Shown here in pieces: positions 18,400 to 27,019 of a DNA stretch of 32,000 nt (the stretch's first letter is position 1; every line of letters begins with the position of its first letter). The stretch comes from Candidatus Nitrospira inopinata (GTDB lineage: Bacteria; Nitrospirota; Nitrospiria; Nitrospirales; Nitrospiraceae). Where the stretch lies: positions 3,150,001 through 3,182,000 of the forward strand of contig NZ_LN885086.1 of assembly GCF_001458695.1 (NCBI RefSeq). The letters run 5' to 3'. The notes beneath the pieces were generated by a model, which saw only the letters and a list, made by a program, of their open reading frames with translations, had not been told where the DNA came from and did no database searches. The position numbers and the translations under genes are program-made.

Positions 18400-21225
18400 A
18401 TGATCGGCTTGTTATCAGCGGGAACGACGACCGTGCCAAACTCTCTCGACTCCAACCCCTCGACCAACCGGCTCATCATCGAAGGAGCGCGGCAAAACAA
18501 CCTCAAGAACGTCTCGCTTCAGATTCCGCACGACAAGGTGACGGCCATCACCGGCGTCTCCGGATCGGGGAAGTCCTCCCTGGCCTTCGACACCATCTTC
18601 GCCGAAGGCCAATGGCGCTACGTCGAATCGCTCTCGACCTATGCGCGGATGTTTCTCGACAAGGTGGCCCGCCCCGACGTCGATCGCATCGCGAACATCC
18701 GCCCCGCCATCGCGATCGAACAGAAAAACCAGGTGCGCACCGCCCGCTCGACCGTGGGCACGGCGACGGAGATCGCCGATCTGTTGCGTCTGCTGTTCGC
18801 CAAGATCGGCAAGCCGACCTGTCCGGATTGCCGAAAGGAAGCCCGCTCATTGACTCCGGAGTCGATTGTCGATGATCTCCTGGCTCGATTCCCCGCCGCA
18901 CGGGCCATGGTGCTCTTCCCCCTCGCCGCGCCGACTCCGAAACAAGAGCCGCTCTTCATTCAATCGCTCCTGACTCGCGGCTTCACGCGCCTCAACGTCT
19001 CCGGCGACATCGTCGATCTGCTCGATCCCACCCCGCCGGCGCTGCATGGCGTTCCATCGCTTTCTGTCGTTCTCGACCGGCTGATCATCAATAGCGACAA
19101 CCGGCCTCGCCTGGCGGAAGCCGTTGAAACGGCCATCCGCGAGGGAGAGGGCCGCTGCGCCGTGGACGTCATCGGCCACGGCCGAGAGTCTTACAGAACC
19201 GGTTTCCTCTGCCAGACCTGCGGCAGGACGTTCGAGCCGTTGCGCCCCGTCCTGTTCTCGTTCAATCATCCGCTGGGCGCCTGTCCCGAATGCAAAGGAT
19301 TCGGCAACGTCTTGCGCTACGACCCGGATCTCGTGATCCCCGACCGGAACAAATCGCTGGTTCAGGGCGCCATCGAACCCTGGAGCAAACCCAGCGCGGA
19401 CTGGTGGCAAACACGGATGTTGTCGGCGATGAACCGGCGGGGAGTGGACGTTGTGGCGCCGTTCCGATCCTTGTCCCCCGACATCCAACGATTGCTCTGG
19501 ACCGGGGACAAATCGTTTGAAGGGATCAATGACTTTTTCACATATCTGGAGGGCAAACGATACAAGCTTCACGTGCGCGTGCTCCTCAGCCGCTATCGCT
19601 CGCCGTTTGATTGTCCGGGTTGTCGCGGCAGTCGCCTGCGGCCGGAAGCCCTGTTCGTCAAAATCGCCGGCATGGACATCCATGCGATTTCGACCCTGAC
19701 GGTCGAGAACCTCCGCGAATGGCTTCGCTCGCTGCCGTTGCCGTCGTTTGAACGGGCCGTCGCCGGCGACCCGTTGCGGGCGCTCGACGAGAAACTGAGT
19801 TTCTTGCTGCGGGTCGGTCTTGGGTACGTCACCCTTGCCCGCCAAACCAAAACGCTGTCAGGCGGGGAAGCTCAGCGCGTCTCGCTGGCCAACCATTTGG
19901 GGTCCAGGTTGGTCGGAACCCTCTACGTGCTGGATGAGCCGACGATCGGTCTTCACGCGCGCGACACCGAGCGGCTCGCCGGGATTCTGAAGGACTTGGC
20001 GGCCGCCGGCAATACGGTCGTCGTCGTCGAGCACGACCGCCGGATGATCGAGTCGGCCGATTATATCGTCGAGCTGGGCCCCCGATCCGGAAAAGACGGC
20101 GGGCGCGTCGTCTGCGCCGCCTCATCGAAGACGTTTCCCCTCGACCCGACCGCGATCACGGCCCGTTATCTTCGCGGAGAGGATTCCCTTCCGCTCCCGA
20201 AGTCGCGGCGCGCGGGATCGGGTAAGTTTCTCGTGATCGCCGGCGCGTCGGAGCACAATCTGAAAGATCTGCTGGTCCGCTTTCCGCTCGGAATGTTCAT
20301 CTGCGTGACCGGCGTATCCGGTTCCGGCAAGAGCACGTTGGTCAACGATACGCTCTATCGCGCCCTCGCGCGCGCCTTTCGCGTCGAATCGCTGCCGATG
20401 GGCCGCTTTACGGCCATCAAGGGCATCGAGCATCTCAAGGGCGTCCGCCACATCGATCAGCAACCGATCGGCCGAACGCCGCGATCCAATCCCGTCACCT
20501 ATCTCAAAGCCTTCGACGACATTCGACGGATCTTTGCCTCGGAACCGGTCGCGCTTCGACAAGGGCTCGCTCCCCGGCATTTTTCATTTAACACGGCCGG
20601 CGGCCGTTGCGAGCGGTGCCAAGGAAGCGGCGTGGAAAAGCTGGAGATGTACTTCTTTGAAGACATCTACGTCCCTTGCGAGGGGTGCGACGGAAAGCGG
20701 TTCAAGACCGAGATCCTGACCGTCCGCCATCGGGGGAAAACCGTTTCCGACGTCTTGGCCATGACCGCGGACGAAGCGGCGGCCTTCTTCGCCGACGCAC
20801 CGAAGCTCCGCGAGAAACTTCGCATCCTGTCGTCGATCGGACTCGGTTATCTTCAATTAGGCCAATCGGCCACCACCCTCTCGGGCGGCGAAGCTCAACG
20901 ATTGAAAATCGCGGCGGAGTTGCAAACCGGAACGGCGAAGGATCTGCTGTACATCATGGACGAACCGACCACCGGTCTGCACTTCGACGACGTGAAGAAA
21001 CTGCTCGCGGTGCTGCACCAGCTCGTCAACGCCGGCAACACCGTGATCGTCGTCGAGCACAACCTGGACGTGATCAAGTCGGCCGATTGGATCATCGATC
21101 TCGGCCCGGAAGGCGGCGAGGCCGGCGGACGAATCGTCGCGGAGGGACGGCCGGAACAGGTCGCCTCCGTCGCGACGTCCCACACGGGGCGATTTCTGGC
21201 CAAGGCGCTTGAAGAGGCGCGCTAG
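18400..21225 (+). CDS. uvrA: Excinuclease ABC subunit A (class I, full length)
   Basis: 941 aa: GARQNNLKN, two ABC modules (GVSGSGKSSLAFDT; GVSGSGKSTLVNDT; LSGGEAQR twice), zinc modules CPDC, CQTCG...CPECKGFG, CPGCRG, CERCQGSG...CEGCDGKRF. The start is uncertain; an in-frame GTG at 18433 is possible. Confidence 0.95.
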   Translation: MIGLLSAGTTTVPNSLDSNPSTNRLIIEGARQNNLKNVSLQIPHDKVTAITGVSGSGKSSLAFDTIFAEGQWRYVESLSTYARMFLDKVARPDVDRIANIRPAIAIEQKNQVRTARSTVGTATEIADLLRLLFAKIGKPTCPDCRKEARSLTPESIVDDLLARFPAARAMVLFPLAAPTPKQEPLFIQSLLTRGFTRLNVSGDIVDLLDPTPPALHGVPSLSVVLDRLIINSDNRPRLAEAVETAIREGEGRCAVDVIGHGRESYRTGFLCQTCGRTFEPLRPVLFSFNHPLGACPECKGFGNVLRYDPDLVIPDRNKSLVQGAIEPWSKPSADWWQTRMLSAMNRRGVDVVAPFRSLSPDIQRLLWTGDKSFEGINDFFTYLEGKRYKLHVRVLLSRYRSPFDCPGCRGSRLRPEALFVKIAGMDIHAISTLTVENLREWLRSLPLPSFERAVAGDPLRALDEKLSFLLRVGLGYVTLARQTKTLSGGEAQRVSLANHLGSRLVGTLYVLDEPTIGLHARDTERLAGILKDLAAAGNTVVVVEHDRRMIESADYIVELGPRSGKDGGRVVCAASSKTFPLDPTAITARYLRGEDSLPLPKSRRAGSGKFLVIAGASEHNLKDLLVRFPLGMFICVTGVSGSGKSTLVNDTLYRALARAFRVESLPMGRFTAIKGIEHLKGVRHIDQQPIGRTPRSNPVTYLKAFDDIRRIFASEPVALRQGLAPRHFSFNTAGGRCERCQGSGVEKLEMYFFEDIYVPCEGCDGKRFKTEILTVRHRGKTVSDVLAMTADEAAAFFADAPKLREKLRILSSIGLGYLQLGQSATTLSGGEAQRLKIAAELQTGTAKDLLYIMDEPTTGLHFDDVKKLLAVLHQLVNAGNTVIVVEHNLDVIKSADWIIDLGPEGGEAGGRIVAEGRPEQVASVATSHTGRFLAKALEEAR

Positions 21226-21226
21226 A

Positions 21227-22657
21227 TCACGCTTCCCGTTTCCGCTCCGACTCTCCGTGCGGAGGCTCTTCTTCCTGCTTTCTGTTTGCCGGAGAAGGGA
21301 CCGGAGCCGACGGTTCGCCCGCCAACTTTTTGTGCAGGTATTTTCTGCTGATCGTCGTCACGACAAACGCCAGACCGATCGCGACGGGCACAAAAATGGC
21401 CGACGCCAGATTGTAATTGGCGAGCCACCCCACCTCGGAGAGCCCTTTGAATACGTAGCCCATCAGGCCGGACAAATAATAGGCGATGACGATGACCGAG
21501 AGACCCTCGACGGTGTGTTGAAGAAGCACCTGGCTTTTCGTCGTCTTGTCCACGCTCTGCAGCAACGTGAGGTTCTGCGCCTCGACGAGAAGATCAACGC
21601 GGGTGCGGATGATCGAAATGACGCCCTCAAACCCGCTCCGCAGAGTGTCCACCCTCTTCAACAACTGCTGATACCCCTCGGCGACGCCGGTGATTCCGCT
21701 CAACACATAATCCGAGAGAGGCCGGTAGGACTCGATCGGTTTTTCCGCCAGCGACGCCAGCGTGGCGTGCACGATCTTGTCGTACGGAGCCGCGGCGGAC
21801 AGTTCAAAATGCAACCTGCCGGCCATGCGATTCGTCTTCAGCAGATCCTGCGTCAGACTGTTCAACCACCGCTGAAGCGTTCGCGCGTCGGCGTGGCCGA
21901 TGTGGTCGGTGATGATCTCGCGCTGTTTGAGATGGACCTGTTCGAATTTGTAGACCTGATCGATGGCGGCGGAGAAGAGCGGTTTCTGCATCAACAGAAG
22001 ATGATAGTAGGTCTCAATCCGCACCACCGCGTCCACAACGTCCTTGAGATGCGACGGATGGAGGGACGATGCCCCGACCGTGACCCAATACCGTTCTCTG
22101 CCGTGATCATCCGGTGTAAAACTCGCGAACACGCCGGTGTGATCGTTCAGAATCCGGCTGCCGTACAGCATCGGGCCGGGAAGCAGCGCGCGCAGGCGTT
22201 CGCGCGGCGGCGGCATTTCCGGCGTCAGCACCATGTCCAACCGGCAGACCGCCGTCCCCAAGAGGGTGTCGGGGAATCGATACCCCGGAAAGGTCAGGGG
22301 GCCGAAGGCGACGCCGCCTCGGTCCGGCGGAGGAAGGTGCCACGACTGGTATTTGTAATACTCCGTGTGCGCCTGCCACAGGACGATGAGCCGCTCGCCG
22401 TCGCGGGTCTCTTTGACCCCGTAGCCGAACGTATCCCGCAGCACCACCGTCTCCGGCGGAATCTCCAGCGTCTCCAGCAACAATTGGAATTCTTTTCGAC
22501 TGGCCGCGCGCTGGGCCGGTGGATCCGCCATGCGAAACGCCTGGTAATGCACGTGCGCGGGCGCCCTCAGCCAATCGGCCAGAGGCATCTGCGGCCGTTC
22601 ATGCAACGTTCGCAGTAACGTATCGGCTTCCGACTTTGGCGGCGGCTGATGATTCAC
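21227..22657 (-). CDS. DUF3422 family membrane-anchored protein
   Basis: 476 aa: N-terminal LLRTLHERP...P, WQAHTEYYKY, RIETYYHLLLM, and C-terminal LLQHTVEGLSVIVIAYYLSGL plus a second TM helix match my memory of PF11902. The antisense 469-aa plus-strand ORF is Arg-rich junk. Confidence 0.8.
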   Translation of the reverse strand: MNHQPPPKSEADTLLRTLHERPQMPLADWLRAPAHVHYQAFRMADPPAQRAASRKEFQLLLETLEIPPETVVLRDTFGYGVKETRDGERLIVLWQAHTEYYKYQSWHLPPPDRGGVAFGPLTFPGYRFPDTLLGTAVCRLDMVLTPEMPPPRERLRALLPGPMLYGSRILNDHTGVFASFTPDDHGRERYWVTVGASSLHPSHLKDVVDAVVRIETYYHLLLMQKPLFSAAIDQVYKFEQVHLKQREIITDHIGHADARTLQRWLNSLTQDLLKTNRMAGRLHFELSAAAPYDKIVHATLASLAEKPIESYRPLSDYVLSGITGVAEGYQQLLKRVDTLRSGFEGVISIIRTRVDLLVEAQNLTLLQSVDKTTKSQVLLQHTVEGLSVIVIAYYLSGLMGYVFKGLSEVGWLANYNLASAIFVPVAIGLAFVVTTISRKYLHKKLAGEPSAPVPSPANRKQEEEPPHGESERKREA

Positions 22658-22690
22658 GTCTGTTCCCGCTCCTTTCCAAATCGTCGCGAT

Positions 22691-23920
22691 CTATAACCCC
22701 GGTCGTTTCTCCGCGATGAGGCGCACGGTGAAAAAACGTCCCTCCCTCACGACGCCCAACTGCAACTCCTGTCCCGCCTCGACCCGACACAGTCGTCTGG
22801 CGTCGCGTTCGGTCTTGACCGTCGATAACGGGACTCCGTTACAGGCCGTCACGCGATCGCCGATTTTGAGACCGGCTTTGTCTCCGGGCAGACCGGCCCG
22901 CAGTTCCGTCACCAGGTAGTATTGCTCCCCAGCATCTCTTCGGAGTTGCCAGCTCACGCCGATGCGGCCGGATCCCAACAAATCCGCCTGGACGCCGAAT
23001 TGGGTGAGAATCCGGTTGACGATCAACCGGGCGGCCTGTTCCGGGTTGTCGCTCGTCGGATCGGTCAGGTGTCCTTGTCCGCTGAAGAGGAGACGCCCCG
23101 TTTCCACGTCGATCATCCGCAACGACAGGGAGACGCTGCTCGTCCGCTCCTGCTGCCGTCGTTCCCATTGCTGAACTTCTCCCACGACGATGGCGTCCGC
23201 GCCGACCAGTTGACCGACCCGCAGGGCGTCGGCGTCGCCGCCGTGGGTCAATTGAATCACTTGCTCCCGCAACACGTCGTCCAACTGCGCGCGTTCGACG
23301 ACGTTCAGGCCAAGGTCCAGCATCAGCGTCGTCACCATGCCCGCGATTCGGGATCCGGTTCCCGGCATACCCGCCGCATCCTCGAACGGCATGACCGCCA
23401 TCGTCCGATACCGCGCGATCGAGGCGGCGTCGATGGGGCCTCTTCCCGACACCACCGGCTCAAGCCCCCTCTCCGACACCGATCCGGCCGCGCAGGCTCG
23501 GCGTTTCTGCATGATGGCCGACGGTTGCCCCCAGGCGCACAGTTCGTTGTCGATGAACACCACGTGGTACGGGGCTTCGCGCTGATCGGAGACGAGATTG
23601 GTGAAGGGATAAAACACACAGCCCCCGATCCACATCGAAAGCGGACAATAGGCGAGTTCGTACACCCACTGTCTCCTGGCCGTCAGCGAGTATTCCCAAA
23701 TCACCATCCGTCCGTCGTCTCGAAAAACGCGATCCGGATGGCCGATCCGTTCAAGCACCTGCGGTTTCGTCATGGGAACCGCCAGCCGATCCAATTTCGC
23801 TTCGGACTTGAAAACGGTGTAGCCCACTCCGCAGCCGCTCATCATGAACGCCAGCGCGAACGTCATCGTCAGATTCGCCACCTCGCGCCCCGGAACCACC
23901 GTCTGACGACAGAACGACAT
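22691..23920 (-). CDS. Multi-domain lipoprotein: BamE/SmpA-like N-domain, CsgG/LpoB-like middle domain, C-terminal PDZ
   Basis: 409 aa with lipobox FMMSGC. KPQVLERIGHPDRVF...MVIWEY is BamE-like. TMAVMPFEDAAG...IAGMVTTLMLDLGLNVVERAQLDDVLREQ...ADAIVVGEV...LSLRMIDVETGRLL is CsgG/LpoB/FlgO-like. GLKIGDRVTACNGVPL is PDZ-like. Confidence 0.8.
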   Translation of the reverse strand: MSFCRQTVVPGREVANLTMTFALAFMMSGCGVGYTVFKSEAKLDRLAVPMTKPQVLERIGHPDRVFRDDGRMVIWEYSLTARRQWVYELAYCPLSMWIGGCVFYPFTNLVSDQREAPYHVVFIDNELCAWGQPSAIMQKRRACAAGSVSERGLEPVVSGRGPIDAASIARYRTMAVMPFEDAAGMPGTGSRIAGMVTTLMLDLGLNVVERAQLDDVLREQVIQLTHGGDADALRVGQLVGADAIVVGEVQQWERRQQERTSSVSLSLRMIDVETGRLLFSGQGHLTDPTSDNPEQAARLIVNRILTQFGVQADLLGSGRIGVSWQLRRDAGEQYYLVTELRAGLPGDKAGLKIGDRVTACNGVPLSTVKTERDARRLCRVEAGQELQLGVVREGRFFTVRLIAEKRPGL

Positions 23921-24111
23921 GCCGCGAGCCTATCATCGCGGCGGACGTGCTGCAACGGCGATCTCGCCTTCATTCACCCAATGAGAAAAAGACGCATGGC
24001 CGGCAAGGAGAAGAGAGTCGGCGACCGGTCGAGAGGCGGAGGGTTTTCGTTACGAACGCAATGAGCACTCACGTTGTGTTCGCGCAACTCGGCGAACCCG
24101 TCGAGTCTTCG

Positions 24112-24672
24112 CTAGTTGCAGGAGGGATCGAACGGCATGTCCGCATAGGGGCGATAGGCTTCGCCCAACGTGAGCACCAATTCTCGCCACACGGAGGAGG
24201 GGTCCGTTTCAAACACCCACTTGGGGTCGGCAGGCATCAGAATCCACGATCCGGTTTTCATCTCCCCTTCGAGTTGTCCGGGCCCCCACCCGGAGTAGCC
24301 CAGATATGCGCGAAAGGCCTCCCGCCCGTTGGCGTTCGTCAGAATGCGTTCCACCAGTTGGAGATCGCCGCCGAGACAGACCCCGTCGAAAACGTAATGA
24401 GCGTTTTCCGGAATCGAGTCGCCCCGATACAACAGCATGATCTGGTTCGGTTGCACGGGGCCACCCGCATAAAGCACGTGCTGCGACCCCTCGATCACGG
24501 GAATCTGCGGGAGCGCCTCGGAGACGGACATCGCGGTGGGGCGATTCACAATGACGCCAAGCGCTCCCTCGGTTCCATGCTCACACAGCAACACGACGGT
24601 CTGGCGGAAATTGGGGTCTCGCAAACCGGGCGCCGCCACAAGGAACATGCCTTTGCGGAGCTGTAAATCCAT
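24112..24672 (-). CDS. algH: YqgE/AlgH family protein (UPF0301)
   Basis: 186 aa: GMFLVAAPGLRDPNFRQTVVLLCEHGTEGALGVIVNRP ... GYSGWGPGQLEGE. Confidence 0.9.
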   Translation of the reverse strand: MDLQLRKGMFLVAAPGLRDPNFRQTVVLLCEHGTEGALGVIVNRPTAMSVSEALPQIPVIEGSQHVLYAGGPVQPNQIMLLYRGDSIPENAHYVFDGVCLGGDLQLVERILTNANGREAFRAYLGYSGWGPGQLEGEMKTGSWILMPADPKWVFETDPSSVWRELVLTLGEAYRPYADMPFDPSCN

Positions 24673-24744
24673 GAAGTAATCCTACCGCGCCCATCGGCGT
24701 CAGGCAAGCGGAACGCCGGACCGACCATGGAAGCTTCGCACCGA

Positions 24745-25536
24745 TTACCGATGATAAAGAGAAGCGCGGCGGTCCCCGAGCAGGTCGTTGTAAGGAGTCA
24801 ACCGTTTGTTTCGGGCTTCCGCCGGATCGATCTCGACGACGGCAAGGTCTTCTCGATCGCGCGGCGCTCGGTACCGGATAACCCCGTTGGGCGCGACGAT
24901 TTCACTGTGACCGATGTAGGTCAGCCGATCTTTTCCACCGCGGGCCTCGCTGCCGATCCGATTACAGGTAACGGCGAACACTCGATTCTCCAGGCATCGC
25001 ACCGGCATGGAGTCCGGGCAATTCGGCAACACGAGGTTTGAAGGATGACAAATGATATCCGCTCCCTGAAGGGCCAAGGAGCGGGCGGCTTCCGGATAAT
25101 ACCAATCGAAGCAAATCATGACTCCGATTCTCGCCGGCCCGATGTCCCATACCTTGAATCCTGAATCGCCGGGCGTGAAAAAGAGCGTCTCCTCGAAAAA
25201 CAGATGGGTCTTGCGATAACAGCCGAGGAAGCCGGAAGGGCCCACGACGACGGCCGAGTTATAGCAGCGGCCTCCCGCCCTTTCCGGAAGCCCGGCGACG
25301 ATATGCATGTTCCTCCGCTTGGCCAGCTCCGTCAATTGATGGACGGTCGGACCGTCGGGAACCGGTTCCGCGAGCCGCTCGACTTCCTCTTGAGAAGCAA
25401 ACTGGTATCCCGACGCAAAGAGCTCGGGCAACACGATCAGCTCCGCCTCCGCCCGGTCCAATTTCGCCGCCACGGCATCGAGATTGGTCATGACCTCGCC
25501 GAATACCGGATCAAACTGAAGAAACCCGACTTTCAT
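24745..25536 (-). CDS. Carbon-nitrogen hydrolase (nitrilase superfamily)
   Basis: ATG at 25536 has GGAGGAGA 5 nt upstream and gives MKVGFLQFDPVFGEV; the track start at 25695 runs through a terminator. E-K-C triad context: LPELF, YRKTHLF, VMICFDWYYPE. Confidence 0.9.
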   Translation of the reverse strand: MKVGFLQFDPVFGEVMTNLDAVAAKLDRAEAELIVLPELFASGYQFASQEEVERLAEPVPDGPTVHQLTELAKRRNMHIVAGLPERAGGRCYNSAVVVGPSGFLGCYRKTHLFFEETLFFTPGDSGFKVWDIGPARIGVMICFDWYYPEAARSLALQGADIICHPSNLVLPNCPDSMPVRCLENRVFAVTCNRIGSEARGGKDRLTYIGHSEIVAPNGVIRYRAPRDREDLAVVEIDPAEARNKRLTPYNDLLGDRRASLYHR

Positions 25537-25550
25537 GCCATCTCCTCCAT

Positions 25551-25589
25551 AACAAAAACGGACAGGGTGAACTTGTCCCCTGTCCGTTT
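25551..25589 (-). terminator. Rho-independent terminator downstream of the SmbP-like gene
   Basis: The minus strand reads AAACGGACAGGG-(10-nt loop)-CCCTGTCCGTTT followed by TTGTT: a perfect 12-bp stem whose 3' arm runs into a U-rich tract. It lies 55 nt after the stop at 25644. Confidence 0.7.
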
Positions 25590-25643
25590 CGCAATTCTCA
25601 CATCGGCCGCGGACGATGGCCGTTTCTTTCCTGCTCTGGCCTG

Positions 25644-25991
25644 TTACTTGACCTCGGCCAAATGTGTGACGGCTCCTTGTGCGTGGTCCATGCACGCATC
25701 GGCATGACCGGCTTTGCCATGTTGCACGGCTTCCTTGAGGTGCTTCACCCCTTCATCCAAATGCGGATTCTTCATGCCGGCGGCCTGCGCGTGTTTGAGC
25801 GCTTCTTCGGCGTGCTGCGTACAGGCGTCCGCGTGGCCCTCTTTCCCATGCGACCCGGCGCCTTTGGCGTGTTCAACCGCTTCTTCGACGTGTTTATTGC
25901 CCGCCATCGCCACGCCGGTCAGCGCGGGCATCGCCGCGAACAGTGCAACCGCTCCCAGCATCAGCACCTTACAACCGTTCTTCCTGATCAT
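25644..25991 (-). CDS. Periplasmic His-rich small metal-binding protein, SmbP-like
   Basis: ATG at 25991 has GAGGAGG 4-10 nt upstream. Signal peptide MIRKNGCKVLMLGAVALFAAMPALTGVAMA, then helical His-rich repeats (HVEEAVEHAKGAG, HAEEALKHAQAAG, VKHLKEAVQHGKAG) with the motif GHADAC present twice. Confidence 0.65.
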   Translation of the reverse strand: MIRKNGCKVLMLGAVALFAAMPALTGVAMAGNKHVEEAVEHAKGAGSHGKEGHADACTQHAEEALKHAQAAGMKNPHLDEGVKHLKEAVQHGKAGHADACMDHAQGAVTHLAEVK

Positions 25992-26070
25992 GGCCTCCTC
26001 CATTCGTTGAAATTGATTTTGGTCGGCGCATCCCTTCCGCGGTTCACCTTACACAGCGTCCCATACCCTG

Positions 26071-26949
26071 TCAAGCGGACCCGGCGGCCTGATCGAAACC
26101 AAGGACCTTCTGAAGTCCTTGAAAATCTCTCTCGACGGGACAGGCAAAGTCACGGCTCCACTCCCACCACGAACCCGGGTAGTTTCTGACCCTTTGGTAG
26201 CCGGCCACTTTGAGCACAAAATAGAGCCACGCGGACCGAATGCCTCCCAAGCAGTAACAGATCAATTCCTGATCGTTCCGGACTCCCCTCTCTTCCATCA
26301 TTTCTCTGATGACCTGCGGATCCTTGACCGTCGCGTCCTTGTTCAAAAATTGATTCCACGCCACGTGAACGGCCGACGGAATGTGCCCCGGCCTCGGAAT
26401 GCCGGAGATTTCTTTTCCCAGATACTCTTCGAGACTCCGGGCGTCCAAAATGGCCGTCTGCGGATGAGGTCCTCGGACGATCCTCTTGAGATCGTCTTTT
26501 GTCATGGCGACGTCCTTCACCGGACGAGCCTTGAACGTGCCGGCACGCGGCGAGGCGGGGCCATGTTCGAACGGACGCTTCTCCGCCGTCCATTTGACCC
26601 ATCCGCCGTTCAAAATGCGGACGCGCGTATGGCCGAGATATTCCAACATCCAAAACATCCGCCCTTCATCACCCCAGTTGTCGTAGGGATTGGAATAGAC
26701 CACGACCTCGGTTTCGTTCCCAATGCCGAGCGCGCCCAAGCGGCGCTCAATCTGCGCGAGATCGGGATTCAACAGGCTTTTTGTCACGGCGTCGGGATCG
26801 CTGTATTCATGCCACGTGGTATGGACGGCGCCTGGAATATGTCCGCCGAATTCGTACGAGGCCCTGCCTCGCACGTCGACGATGACGAGACCCGGCTCAC
26901 CCAACCTGCTCTGCAGCGTTTCCGTCTCAATCAACAACGGATGGTTCAT
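26071..26949 (-). CDS. Tandem-rhodanese sulfurtransferase (thiosulfate/3-mercaptopyruvate type)
   Basis: ATG at 26949 (GAGAGGAAG upstream) gives MNHPLLIETETL; an alternative GTG at 26970 lacks an SD. Two rhodanese domains; active-site loop CYCLGGIRS in the second. Confidence 0.88.
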   Translation of the reverse strand: MNHPLLIETETLQSRLGEPGLVIVDVRGRASYEFGGHIPGAVHTTWHEYSDPDAVTKSLLNPDLAQIERRLGALGIGNETEVVVYSNPYDNWGDEGRMFWMLEYLGHTRVRILNGGWVKWTAEKRPFEHGPASPRAGTFKARPVKDVAMTKDDLKRIVRGPHPQTAILDARSLEEYLGKEISGIPRPGHIPSAVHVAWNQFLNKDATVKDPQVIREMMEERGVRNDQELICYCLGGIRSAWLYFVLKVAGYQRVRNYPGSWWEWSRDFACPVERDFQGLQKVLGFDQAAGSA

Positions 26950-26987
26950 GGCGCTTCCTCTCGCTGTCACCGACGGTACCGATCAAT

Positions 26988-27019
26988 CCAAGCATAGATC
27001 TCACCAAGCATAGGTCTCA
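26988..27019. repeat. Tandem duplication of a 16-nt unit (CCAAGCATAG[A/G]TCTCA, two copies)
   Basis: 26988-27003 and 27004-27019 are identical at 15 of 16 positions. The second copy ends with the HDAC-family gene's stop codon (27017-27019). The pair sits 39-70 nt upstream of the rhodanese ATG. Confidence 0.9.

Noticed and set aside
419-24064. Many long ORFs antisense to the called genes, e.g. 419-1363(+), 1472-2479(+), 2476-3270(+), 9186-10619(+), 13402-14391(-), 15198-15878(-), 15912-16658(-), 16933-17889(-), 18847-19845(-), 21209-22618(+), 22922-24064(+), 28276-29049(-)
   Set aside because: Each lies opposite a gene with unmistakable family motifs. Their translations are Arg/Pro/His/Gly-rich low-complexity strings with no recognisable motifs, the usual stop-codon-poor shadow frames of GC-rich DNA.
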